From NCBI GenBank assembly GCA_045649165.1, contig JAZRPI010000122.1, positions 1 through 42,709 on the forward strand: a DNA stretch of 42,709 bases, in the 5' to 3' direction. Numbering within the stretch: the first letter of the stretch is position 1; each line of letters starts with the position of its first letter. A program made the translations under genes and the position numbers. Below the pieces are notes generated by a model. It searched no databases. It was not told where the DNA came from and saw only the letters and a program-made list of their open reading frames with translations. The stretch is from Eubacteriales bacterium. GTDB lineage: Bacteria > Bacillota > Clostridia > Oscillospirales > CAG-272. Below, piece by piece: positions 26,584 through 35,307 of the stretch.

Positions 26584-26975
26584 TGGCAATATACGGTGAT
26601 ATGCTCCTTTACTTTCCAGAGCAAAAAACAACCTTTACTGTATACCAACAAACACCACTAATAAATGGTGGGTGGGAAAAAGTGGAAGGGTCAGAGCTTG
26701 TAATAACAGGTATTCATCAGAACACAAAACCAACCCAAATAAAAGACGGAAACGGGAATCTTGTTGTAAGTTCTGGTTATGAATTATGGTCACACACAGG
26801 TGGATTAAATAATTATTTTACAGTTATCAATGGATATGTATATAGATTACTTTCTGTGAACGATTGGAAGACAGAAGGTGGATTTTATAGATATTCGTTA
26901 GACAAGGTGGTGGGTAATAATGGACTTGAATCAGACAACACTGCGTGGAATCTTGGCTCAAATTCTTTCAGTTGA
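26583..26975 (+). CDS. Neck or tail-completion protein (putative)
   Basis: Called from position only. Confidence 0.3.
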   Translation: MAIYGDMLLYFPEQKTTFTVYQQTPLINGGWEKVEGSELVITGIHQNTKPTQIKDGNGNLVVSSGYELWSHTGGLNNYFTVINGYVYRLLSVNDWKTEGGFYRYSLDKVVGNNGLESDNTAWNLGSNSFS

Positions 26976-27417
26976 TGAAAAATATATTGTTCCAAAACAG
27001 GGAAATTGGTGGAATCCGCAAGAAAATCAAGGGAATATAAACAATTGGTGTGCGTATGTAATCAAAGAAGGCAAAGGCAGGACTGTGCCATTTTACCATT
27101 CTGAAAACGGACAAAACTATGCAACACAATTAAAAATAACTACGATTGATTTACAATTTGTAGGCCCAAACAGTGAAGACATCGCCAATAGCGTGTCTTT
27201 TTGGTATTTAAGGGAAGATGTCAAAGAACAATTTGAACAAGTACGAGGTTCAATCTTGCCATCTGATGCAATCGCAAGGTCAAGCGTTTTTTACCAAGAC
27301 GGAGGAAATACGGTTCTTGCTTGGAATACACAAATCAAAATCAAATGGTTTCAACTAATCGACACGCAACAAGGAACAATGCCACTTATTCAATTAAACG
27401 GAAAAATTAATCAATAA
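26920..27417 (+). CDS. Neck or tail-completion protein (putative)
   Basis: Called from position only. Overlaps the previous ORF by 56 nt. Confidence 0.3.
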   Translation: MDLNQTTLRGILAQILSVDEKYIVPKQGNWWNPQENQGNINNWCAYVIKEGKGRTVPFYHSENGQNYATQLKITTIDLQFVGPNSEDIANSVSFWYLREDVKEQFEQVRGSILPSDAIARSSVFYQDGGNTVLAWNTQIKIKWFQLIDTQQGTMPLIQLNGKINQ

Positions 27418-27419
27418 AT

Positions 27420-27426
27420 AACTATA
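27420..27426 (+). promoter_or_regulatory. Variant motif AACTATA upstream of the sheath gene
   Basis: ataaatAACTATATAGGT is identical to copy 3 (GACTATATAGGT) except for G to A. ATG at 27448 with a GGAGG RBS. Confidence 0.3.
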
Positions 27427-27447
27427 TAGGTAGGAGGAAGTAATAAC

Positions 27448-28605
27448 ATGAACTTTCAAGGATCAATAGCTCAAGAGAATGTAAACTTCCCTATTGAAAC
27501 GGTCATAGAACCATTGGCAGGGGAACAATACTCTAGAGCACTTATTTATATTCCTTTATCAAAAGTATCGGAATATTTAGGGGGAATGGCAGATAGTCCA
27601 TCTCCAGGAGCATTAATAACATTAAACTCTAGTAATTTTGGAACAATTACAACAGGAGCCTTAAATAGTTACTTAGTGCCATTCTTTGCAGAAGCACAAG
27701 CTGCATCAGTAGGAATCGCTGTATATAACGACACTACACCAGAAGAACCTGCAGAAGGAGAAGAACCAGAAGTTATTGAAAATACTTTGTCAGAAGTATA
27801 TCAAAACACAAAATACTGGGCTTATTTCAAATTTGGTGTATGTTCTGCAGATAATTATACAGCATTGCAAGTAGAACTCGCACAATTATGTGCGGCAGAT
27901 ATTTTGTACAGTGCCTTATGGATTGGAACATCAGACCAGAATGTTCTAACACAGTCATCTGCACTTGTTAGCCAATTAAAAGAACAGACAGGTGTAAGAT
28001 ACAGATTAATTTATAATCCTGACGAAAATATTAATCCAGCAATTGCACAACTTGGAGCAACACTTGCTACTGCCAATGCAACAGGAACACCTGTCGGAAA
28101 TGACATTGACATGAAGGCTTTTAATTCTATTGGACCATCAGGACAACTTGATGCAGAAGGTAACAGACAAAATCTGTCTGCAACAGAAAAGGGAATCCTT
28201 GATAACCAAAAAATAGGATACAACACTTATGTGGGAGACGGAACAAGTAATGTAGTTACAGAAGGCAGTCTCTACAATAATGGAGACCTTGTAGGTGCTG
28301 AATGGGTAAAAGCATACATTACATATATGTGTAAAGTAAGAACTGCAAATCTAATGACACAAGGAAACAAATTCAGAAACAATGAAATATATCAAGCAAT
28401 TTTGTTAATTTTGCAAAATATTGTGAATGTATTTGTGGCTTTTGGAAGATTGGCTAACTTTAAAATAACTGCTCCTGTTTTTTCAAGTTTGATAAAAACA
28501 GGCGATACAATCGTGATAAATAACGCTTGGAAGGCAGATTATATCGACCAAGTAAGAGAAACTACAGTCTACGGTGTACTTTATGTACAACAGCCAACTA
28601 GATAG
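27448..28605 (+). CDS. Tail sheath protein (putative)
   Basis: 385 aa, first gene of the tail module, followed by a 149-aa tube-sized gene, the chaperone and the tape measure (PBSX-like order). Confidence 0.55.
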   Translation: MNFQGSIAQENVNFPIETVIEPLAGEQYSRALIYIPLSKVSEYLGGMADSPSPGALITLNSSNFGTITTGALNSYLVPFFAEAQAASVGIAVYNDTTPEEPAEGEEPEVIENTLSEVYQNTKYWAYFKFGVCSADNYTALQVELAQLCAADILYSALWIGTSDQNVLTQSSALVSQLKEQTGVRYRLIYNPDENINPAIAQLGATLATANATGTPVGNDIDMKAFNSIGPSGQLDAEGNRQNLSATEKGILDNQKIGYNTYVGDGTSNVVTEGSLYNNGDLVGAEWVKAYITYMCKVRTANLMTQGNKFRNNEIYQAILLILQNIVNVFVAFGRLANFKITAPVFSSLIKTGDTIVINNAWKADYIDQVRETTVYGVLYVQQPTR

Positions 28606-28614
28606 GAGATTTAA

Positions 28615-29064
28615 ATGGAACATTCAGTTATAGCTGCGGGGCAATTTACCGCAACATTAATCCATCCATTGTGGAATGATGGAACACCAACTACTATAGA
28701 TGGGTACAGAATGGAAGGACAGATGGTCCAAACACAACAAGCAATGGACAGTTCAAAAGTAATTTGTCTTGCAAATGGTAACACAATCTCTATCACTAAC
28801 AATAACGGAGCAGGAACATTGACATTTAATGTTGTAAAAACTGCTACAGCAGGAGATATGGTTAAAATTGCCAATTTCCTAAGAAGAGCTGGTGATAGTG
28901 TTGGTGGAATTATCAGAATCACACAGGAAGTCAACGGAACTACGGAAGCAGTAACATTTGAAGCCTGTACAGTTAAATCTTGCCCACCTTTGAATATCCA
29001 AGGTAATGACGCAGCTGATTATCAGGTAGTATGGAACTACGGTAATAGTTCAGAAGATGACTAA
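28615..29064 (+). CDS. Tail tube protein (putative)
   Basis: Size and position. Confidence 0.5.
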   Translation: MEHSVIAAGQFTATLIHPLWNDGTPTTIDGYRMEGQMVQTQQAMDSSKVICLANGNTISITNNNGAGTLTFNVVKTATAGDMVKIANFLRRAGDSVGGIIRITQEVNGTTEAVTFEACTVKSCPPLNIQGNDAADYQVVWNYGNSSEDD

Positions 29065-29075
29065 AGGAAAACAAA

Positions 29076-29483
29076 ATGGAAGCATTGAAATTAACTAGAA
29101 AAGATTATAACCAAGGATTGGAAAATCTTGCAAAAGGATTTGTTAATAACGATGAAAATTATTTGTCATTGTTTGAAGTTGAATTTCCAGACGGAATTAA
29201 TACAACAAACTCTATAGAAATTTGTAGAGTTATTATGGATTCTTCACTAGATGCAAAAATTCATTTGATGAAGATTTGTATTGCAGGAAAAAATGTAAAA
29301 GTTAAATGCCCAAACGGAGACATTGAAAAGTTTTGCATTTCTAATCCGAATGATAGTCTTGAAGGGTTTCCTTTATTCAAAAAAGAGCCACTCGCAATAA
29401 AAGCTATTAGTGACAACATATACGGGTATTTATTAAAAAAATACATAAGGCTGCCACAGGCCCAAGTGACAGCCAAGGAATAA
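29076..29483 (+). CDS. Tail assembly chaperone (zero-frame product)
   Basis: Lies immediately upstream of the tape measure gene. Contains the A7 slippery run. Confidence 0.6.
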   Translation: MEALKLTRKDYNQGLENLAKGFVNNDENYLSLFEVEFPDGINTTNSIEICRVIMDSSLDAKIHLMKICIAGKNVKVKCPNGDIEKFCISNPNDSLEGFPLFKKEPLAIKAISDNIYGYLLKKYIRLPQAQVTAKE

Positions 29484-29659
29484 AGGAAGTTCAAATACAA
29501 AAAGCCATAGAAAAAAATATGCCAAATGGGTATCTATGGCTTTTTTATACTTTCAATAGAGAATACAGCCGCCAACCCATTGATTTAGACGATTTAATCG
29601 ATGGGTTGTGTTGTATATGGGCAAAAAACGATGTAATGGAGATAATAAAAAATGAGTGA
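29076..29659 (+). CDS. Tail assembly chaperone, predicted -1 frameshift product
   Basis: The A7 run at 29435..29441 is read as tt-A-AAA-AAA. The -1 frame is open for 72 codons from 29441 to TGA 29657..29659, which overlaps the tape measure start. Confidence 0.5.
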
Positions 29660-31274
29660 TGAAAGCATTGGTGGATTCTTTGTAGACCTTGGAATAAAAA
29701 CAGATGGCAGTATTGAAAAAGGAATCGGACAATTTGAAGGATTGACAAATTCTGTCAGTCGATTAATAGGAACAATACGCAATGTTTCTGCCGCTTCTTT
29801 TGCATTGGCAGCTGTAACAAGTACAATGGAGACTGCAGAACTTCACGCAGCCGAATTATTAAATACTAATGCAGAAACACTCACAATGTGGAAAATTGCA
29901 GCATCTACAGCAACTGCAGATTCTAAAGGGGTTATATCTTCATTAACAAGTCTTGAAGAAAAAATGCAAGGTCTTAAATTTGGAAAGGTTGATCAAGGCC
30001 TTGCAGAAAGCCTAAGCAGATTAAACATAGGATATCAACAACTAGCAGATATGGATTTGACTCAACGGGTTAAATTGATATTTGAAAGAGCAACGGAACT
30101 ACAGGACCAGGACCAAGCAGAACGCCTTATAGGTCAAATACTTGGTGATTCTGGAATGAAAATGTTTAATTATATGAAATTACAAGGGGTATCTCTTGAT
30201 GAATTATTATTAAACGCACAACAAAGTGTATTCACAGGAACAGAAAGCAAAATAAAAGCAATGAGTTTTGCATCGGAACTTAATGCGCTTAAATCGTCAT
30301 TAAAAGAATTATCTGCTTTGACAGGTTCAGAACTTGGGGGAATATTTGAGCCACTAGTAGCAGGACTAAATGATTTAATCCAAAAACACCATGATTTAAT
30401 ACAAAGTGGAATTATTGATACATTTGAAGGATTGAAAAATGTAATGATTGAACTTAGTCCACAGATTGAAGCTGTTGGTGATAGTTTTGCAGAATTAATA
30501 AAAAATCTAACAGATACAAAAAGTCTTGATGAAGCATTAAAGAAAATAAATACATCACTTGGGGGATTTGCAGAAAATCTCACAAAAAGTGTGTTCGAAG
30601 GAACTGCAGATACAATTGATTTTTTAGCAAAATTATCAGAAGGAGACTTCAAAGGAGCATTTGAATCATATAAAAAAGGATTTACAAATTTTGCAGAAAA
30701 TACAACAGATTTAGTTTTAAATAATACTGATGAAAAAAAAGCACTTCGAGAACAACAAAATAAAGATTATGATGTACTAAAGGAAAAACTTAATCCTTAC
30801 ATTTATAATAAGTTAGGTAATATTAGATATGGGGATTTACCAGAAGAACTAAAAGAAGAAATAATAAATTATTATAAGAAATATGATCCATACCCAATAG
30901 CGGGTTTAAAATTTACAAAGGATGAAAAAAAAGATTTTAACAAAAGGGTTTCTATCAATGATGGAATCGTTAAACCAAACGGAGATGTTATAAACATAAG
31001 TCCTGATGATTGGGTATTTGCAATGAAAGACCCATCCAACTTAACAGGTGGAATAAGCCCCGAAAGTATCAAAAGTTTAGTATCTAAATCTGTGGGAAGT
31101 ATACAAAATAATGTAACAGAAAATATAACAGTAAACCAAACTTTTAATATTACAGGCACAAACAATCTGCCACAGACAATAAAACAGCAAGCCCAAAAAG
31201 GAATATATGACGGTGTGGGAGATTTGCTGCAAAAAAGTTCTACTAGACTGCAACTGATGTCAGGGATAAAATAA
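29652..31274 (+). CDS. Tape measure protein
   Basis: 540 aa, helical and low complexity, at the canonical position. Confidence 0.75.
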   Translation: MSDESIGGFFVDLGIKTDGSIEKGIGQFEGLTNSVSRLIGTIRNVSAASFALAAVTSTMETAELHAAELLNTNAETLTMWKIAASTATADSKGVISSLTSLEEKMQGLKFGKVDQGLAESLSRLNIGYQQLADMDLTQRVKLIFERATELQDQDQAERLIGQILGDSGMKMFNYMKLQGVSLDELLLNAQQSVFTGTESKIKAMSFASELNALKSSLKELSALTGSELGGIFEPLVAGLNDLIQKHHDLIQSGIIDTFEGLKNVMIELSPQIEAVGDSFAELIKNLTDTKSLDEALKKINTSLGGFAENLTKSVFEGTADTIDFLAKLSEGDFKGAFESYKKGFTNFAENTTDLVLNNTDEKKALREQQNKDYDVLKEKLNPYIYNKLGNIRYGDLPEELKEEIINYYKKYDPYPIAGLKFTKDEKKDFNKRVSINDGIVKPNGDVINISPDDWVFAMKDPSNLTGGISPESIKSLVSKSVGSIQNNVTENITVNQTFNITGTNNLPQTIKQQAQKGIYDGVGDLLQKSSTRLQLMSGIK

Positions 31275-31288
31275 GAGTGAGGTGTAAA

Positions 31289-31828
31289 ATGAAAAAATTA
31301 TTATTATGTTTATTATTTGGATTTGGAATTATTACGGGGCTTTATGCAGAAAATGACATAAAAATAGGAATGTCAAAAACAATGCTGTGTCTAAAACATC
31401 CAATAACAAATATTGTAGAACTAGGAATATTTGAAGGGTGTAAAGATATAAAAAACGACCAATACTATTATTTCAAGTTTGACGAATTAGAACTCATAGC
31501 AAAAAAAAATATTTCAGAACAAAAAACAGATTCAATAGAAATATACAAACTTAAAAAATCAGATATTGATAAGTGGATAGAAGAATTTATAGAAGACGAT
31601 AAATATAATTACTATTTGTATAATGAATCAACAAGAGAAATCTATATTCATTTTGTAAGTTTTTTCTGTTTAAATTCCGTATACATGGAAGAATATAATC
31701 AATCTACAAAAAACAAAGATACTTGTATAATTGAATATTTTTCTAATAAAGATTCTAATGTAATTATGAGAATTACAAATTACTTTGATACACCAATAGA
31801 ATATATATATAAACCGTTAGGAGAGTAA
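31289..31828 (+). CDS. Secreted protein of unknown function (moron candidate)
   Basis: Signal peptide MKKLLLCLLFGFGIITGLYA. Very AT-rich and Asn/Tyr/Ile-rich. Sits between the tape measure and baseplate genes. Confidence 0.55.
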   Translation: MKKLLLCLLFGFGIITGLYAENDIKIGMSKTMLCLKHPITNIVELGIFEGCKDIKNDQYYYFKFDELELIAKKNISEQKTDSIEIYKLKKSDIDKWIEEFIEDDKYNYYLYNESTREIYIHFVSFFCLNSVYMEEYNQSTKNKDTCIIEYFSNKDSNVIMRITNYFDTPIEYIYKPLGE

Positions 31829-31834
31829 CAAACA

Positions 31835-32467
31835 ATGGATAAGTTCACACAATTAATTCTACAAGGTTCACAATCAGTAATAGAAATGGCAAAAACAATG
31901 CTAACTACACCACTACTGATTAATACAGATGCAACGCAAGGATTTTTATTTTCTATTCCATTGGAGACAGAAACTCATGTACAACACATTGCATCAGAAG
32001 TATCAACAAGTTTATTAATAAACAAACTTGGAAAACGGAATATAAGTGACAATATCGCTCCAAGTGCGTGGGGTTGGACTTTGACAGGATATATACCAGG
32101 AATAAAAGAATTAGAGCCAACGAATTATTATACACCGTTTGTAAGGTTATACAGAGATTTTATAAGACGAGCGGCAGAAAAAGGTTATATTTTGACATTC
32201 AAAGATGTAGACAACAAATTGTACAAACGAGTAGCCATAAGTAGTTTGTCAATCGATACCAAAGCAGATTGTAAAAATAAAACACCGTTCAGTATGGAAC
32301 TGATAGAAATAAATGTTTTGAACGATAGCGGGGAGTATTCAGAAGTAATAAATAATGCATTGGCACAAGGCGGAACATTAGCAGGTTCTGTGTTGAATGT
32401 TGGAGCGACAATTGCATCACAATCAATTAGTAAATTAATAGCAATAGGTGATTTATTGTCTGCATGA
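31835..32467 (+). CDS. Tail or baseplate protein (putative)
   Basis: Called from position only. Confidence 0.35.
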   Translation: MDKFTQLILQGSQSVIEMAKTMLTTPLLINTDATQGFLFSIPLETETHVQHIASEVSTSLLINKLGKRNISDNIAPSAWGWTLTGYIPGIKELEPTNYYTPFVRLYRDFIRRAAEKGYILTFKDVDNKLYKRVAISSLSIDTKADCKNKTPFSMELIEINVLNDSGEYSEVINNALAQGGTLAGSVLNVGATIASQSISKLIAIGDLLSA

Positions 32468-32470
32468 TTT

Positions 32471-33049
32471 TTATTTATACAATCGTTCTCTTCTTTTTGT
32501 TAAATTTTCTTTATTATTGTCATAATAAAAGCAAGTATAACCATTAACATTATATCCTTTTAGTTTTCTGCCAAGTGTTGAAATAGAATATAATTCACCT
32601 TGGTAGAGTACCTTATTTATACCGTTATAAGTAGTACAAGTTATAGAAGGGTCAGAAATATAATACAAAGTAGAATTAATAGGAATATTTAACAATTTAA
32701 AAGTTGTTTGATTTGATTGTTTTTCTTCTCCTAAATTAGGATGTTCTACCAACTTGAATAATTTATTAAATCTTACAGCTTGTTTAAAAACATTTAGCAC
32801 AGAATCTGGTGTTGTTTTGAAAAATTCTTTTTTTTGAGAGAAAGAAATCCCTAATAAAGAATGCAAAGAATTTTCTACTTGAGAAGTGTATTCAGGCGGA
32901 ACAGCCAAAAAAGCAAAACATTCAAAAGGTAACGGTACTGATGTACTGTACAGATTTTTTAATCTTTCTTTGATGTTTTTAGTTTTACCAACTTTAACCC
33001 AGTCTGGCATACAATCATTAGTCAAAATATAAATATATTCATACTTCAT
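32471..33049 (-). CDS. GIY-YIG superfamily (T5orf172/MUG113-type) nuclease-domain protein
   Basis: MKYEYIYILTNDCMPDWVKVGKTKNIKERLKNLYSTSVPLPFE matches the T5orf172 signature. ATG at 33049 after AAGGAG. One of only two minus-strand protein-coding genes in the phage (the other is the transposase), and the only one inside the structural modules. Confidence 0.75.
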   Translation of the reverse strand: MKYEYIYILTNDCMPDWVKVGKTKNIKERLKNLYSTSVPLPFECFAFLAVPPEYTSQVENSLHSLLGISFSQKKEFFKTTPDSVLNVFKQAVRFNKLFKLVEHPNLGEEKQSNQTTFKLLNIPINSTLYYISDPSITCTTYNGINKVLYQGELYSISTLGRKLKGYNVNGYTCFYYDNNKENLTKRRERLYK

Positions 33050-33105
33050 TAAGTGTCTCCTTCTATACACTTCTCGTGTGATAAAAGTATAGTTCAAATA
33101 AAAAA

Positions 33106-33116
33106 AAATGACTATA
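33106..33116 (+). promoter_or_regulatory. A-tract+GACTATA motif, copy (5 nt from the ATG)
   Basis: aaaaaaaaatGACTATAggggtATG. Confidence 0.55.
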
Positions 33117-33121
33117 GGGGT

Positions 33122-33421
33122 ATGAGAGACATAAAAACAGTTGAAAAAGTTACATTCCCCGATATAGAACTTGTAGAAAATTTTGAATTTACTGTAGTGT
33201 CTGAAAATGGGAATTTCAATTTTCATTTTCAGTGGTTTGCTAATAGGTGGAATCTGTGGGTAACACTTCCAGACGGAACTAAAAAGCAAGCGAGTGTATA
33301 TCCTAATGTTATTAGTTGGACGGGCAATCCACACTATGGAATAGTATTTTACACATCACTACAAGAGATTGATTTTAATTCATTATTTATGACGGAGTTA
33401 TACATAATACAATGGCTTTAA
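33122..33421 (+). CDS. Hypothetical tail or baseplate protein
   Basis: ATG at 33122. The upstream part of the ORF-track call overlaps the GIY-YIG promoter region. Confidence 0.5.
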   Translation: MRDIKTVEKVTFPDIELVENFEFTVVSENGNFNFHFQWFANRWNLWVTLPDGTKKQASVYPNVISWTGNPHYGIVFYTSLQEIDFNSLFMTELYIIQWL

Positions 33422-34287
33422 TTCCTGATTTTAATAGAATTATCAATCTACAATTTTTATCTGCAAATTATTCTCCAACACTTGTCTCTGATATTATCTG
33501 CCCTATTAATGGCAGGAAACCAAACATTGAAATTCAGGGAGAAATAACACCTGATGATATATTAAACTCGTTTAATGTAACGATTAAAAACTTGTACTTA
33601 GAAAATCTTTCACAACAATATGGAAAATTAAGAGTAACTGCTGGGTATAAAAATCAACCAAAGGTAGCATTCACAGGGTCTATTATTTCAATCTTTCCAG
33701 AAAAGCCAAGCCCAGAAGGTTCAACAGTTATACAATGTATGAGCAGCAATATTGAATCGTGGCTCAATAAATACATAAATATTAATTTACCACAAGGATT
33801 TACACTTTCACAAGCATTGTTATTAATAACTCAAAAATTAGGAATAGATGCGCCATATATACCTAGTAATCTTGCAAGTTTACAAAGTCAAATACCTTTG
33901 CAAATACAGGATAAGGCAGCAGAAGCAATTCACGCAATAAAAAAATGCTTTCCAACAATAAAAATAAAAACATTTTCAAATAAAATTACTGTGTGGGATT
34001 CATTACTGATAAACACGGGTACACTACCTAAAGAATTAAAATATTTATCTGCTCCACCACAATTAATAGCAGGCGAAAAAGGAGAAAGTCTTGCATGGAT
34101 AACTGCTCCGTGGGACCCAAGCCTTAGGCCTGGAGATTTGATTAAAATTAATCAAAGAAGTTTTGTCTCTAAAACAGCGTTTGGAATTCCTAGAACAGAA
34201 GGCATTTATAATGTTTTATCAATTGATTTTCACTTTTCAACGGTTGGTCAAATTAACCAAATGACAATACTAGGAGAGGCACAATAA
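33412..34287 (+). CDS. Baseplate or tail hub protein (putative, XkdQ-like position)
   Basis: Position and size. Confidence 0.35.
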   Translation: MALIPDFNRIINLQFLSANYSPTLVSDIICPINGRKPNIEIQGEITPDDILNSFNVTIKNLYLENLSQQYGKLRVTAGYKNQPKVAFTGSIISIFPEKPSPEGSTVIQCMSSNIESWLNKYININLPQGFTLSQALLLITQKLGIDAPYIPSNLASLQSQIPLQIQDKAAEAIHAIKKCFPTIKIKTFSNKITVWDSLLINTGTLPKELKYLSAPPQLIAGEKGESLAWITAPWDPSLRPGDLIKINQRSFVSKTAFGIPRTEGIYNVLSIDFHFSTVGQINQMTILGEAQ

Positions 34288-34967
34288 TGACAACACCTAG
34301 TGTATATAACGGGTTATCGTTTACGGAAAAAGATTTGATTGAATCAATTGTGAGTAATTTCTACTTTGTAGATTATGGATTTGTTTCTGCGGTAAACGGG
34401 GATAAAACCGTAAATGTAACCCACGCTAAATTTTTAACATCTGCAACAGGGGAGCAATTGGAAGCAACTATAACTAAAAATATAGAAGTTCTTACATTTG
34501 CGACAAAAGGAATTTCAATAAACTTTGAAATTAAACAAGGTGATAAAGTCTTGTTATTAGGTTTAAAAAACAGAGTTGAAAAAACACAAGATGTGACAAT
34601 TGCAACGCAACAGAATACACCTATTCATTATTGTAGAGACACAATAAAAGCAATTCCTTTTGGTGTTTTTGATTCTACTGCCAAAATACAAATTGATTTT
34701 ACAAAAGGAATAAATATTACATCTGATGAAGCAATTGTAATTAATGCCAACAAAAAAAATATAGAACTTAATGGAAATAAAAAAAGCTTTGTTACTTACG
34801 CGGAATTAAATCAAGCTTTACAAAGTTTATGGGCTGCGATAAAAGCACATACACACCCCGTATCAACGCCTGCAGGTGCTGGAAGTTCTTCAGCTTCTGT
34901 AGAGTTACAAACACAATCATTAGATATTTCAGCAAGTGAAACAAAGACTATAAAGACAGGTGGTTAA
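34287..34967 (+). CDS. Baseplate central spike (gpV/gp45-like, putative)
   Basis: Position, plus a C-terminal KAHTHPVS His-x-His motif as found at spike apexes. Confidence 0.45.
   Translation: MTTPSVYNGLSFTEKDLIESIVSNFYFVDYGFVSAVNGDKTVNVTHAKFLTSATGEQLEATITKNIEVLTFATKGISINFEIKQGDKVLLLGLKNRVEKTQDVTIATQQNTPIHYCRDTIKAIPFGVFDSTAKIQIDFTKGINITSDEAIVINANKKNIELNGNKKSFVTYAELNQALQSLWAAIKAHTHPVSTPAGAGSSSASVELQTQSLDISASETKTIKTGG
34942..34952 (+). promoter_or_regulatory. A-tract+GACTATA motif copy inside the end of the spike gene
   Basis: caaaGACTATAaag, 18 nt upstream of ATG 34971 (AGGTGG RBS). Confidence 0.35.
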
Positions 34968-34970
34968 TTT

Positions 34971-35294
34971 ATGGATATGAAAATGAAAGCAGAAGATATA
35001 TCTACTAGTGGTAATAGCTGGGATTGTAAGGTGGTAAATGGAATAGTGCCTTTGATTTCAGGCGATGAAGAAAATCTACAAAATGCAATTCTTGCGGGAT
35101 TTTTGATAAAAGGCACTATCCCATTATTGCCAGATGCAGGTGTTCCGTGGCCTGACTTTTTGACAAAAAAAATAACCTTCGGAGATTTAGATTATTTTGT
35201 GAGAGAAAGTCTTATACAAGTAGGAAGAGAAGACTATAACCCACAATATGACATACAGGAAGATATGCTAGTTATGACAATGAGTAAGATATAG
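34971..35294 (+). CDS. Small baseplate protein (gpW/XkdS-like position)
   Basis: 107 aa, upstream of the baseplate J-like gene. Confidence 0.4.
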   Translation: MDMKMKAEDISTSGNSWDCKVVNGIVPLISGDEENLQNAILAGFLIKGTIPLLPDAGVPWPDFLTKKITFGDLDYFVRESLIQVGREDYNPQYDIQEDMLVMTMSKI

Positions 35295-35307
35295 GAGTGA
35301 AAAAAAA

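Noticed and set aside
29504-29546. Terminator-like hairpin (gccatag...ctatggc plus T6) between the chaperone and tape measure genes
   Set aside because: The loop is 23 nt, and the hairpin lies inside the predicted -1 frameshift extension directly upstream of an essential tail gene. At most it is a weak attenuator, so I did not call it.
32471-33334. 287-aa version of the minus-strand ORF
   Set aside because: The upstream 95 codons have no RBS and cover the divergent promoter region. The GIY-YIG domain starts at the ATG at 33049, which follows AAGGAG.
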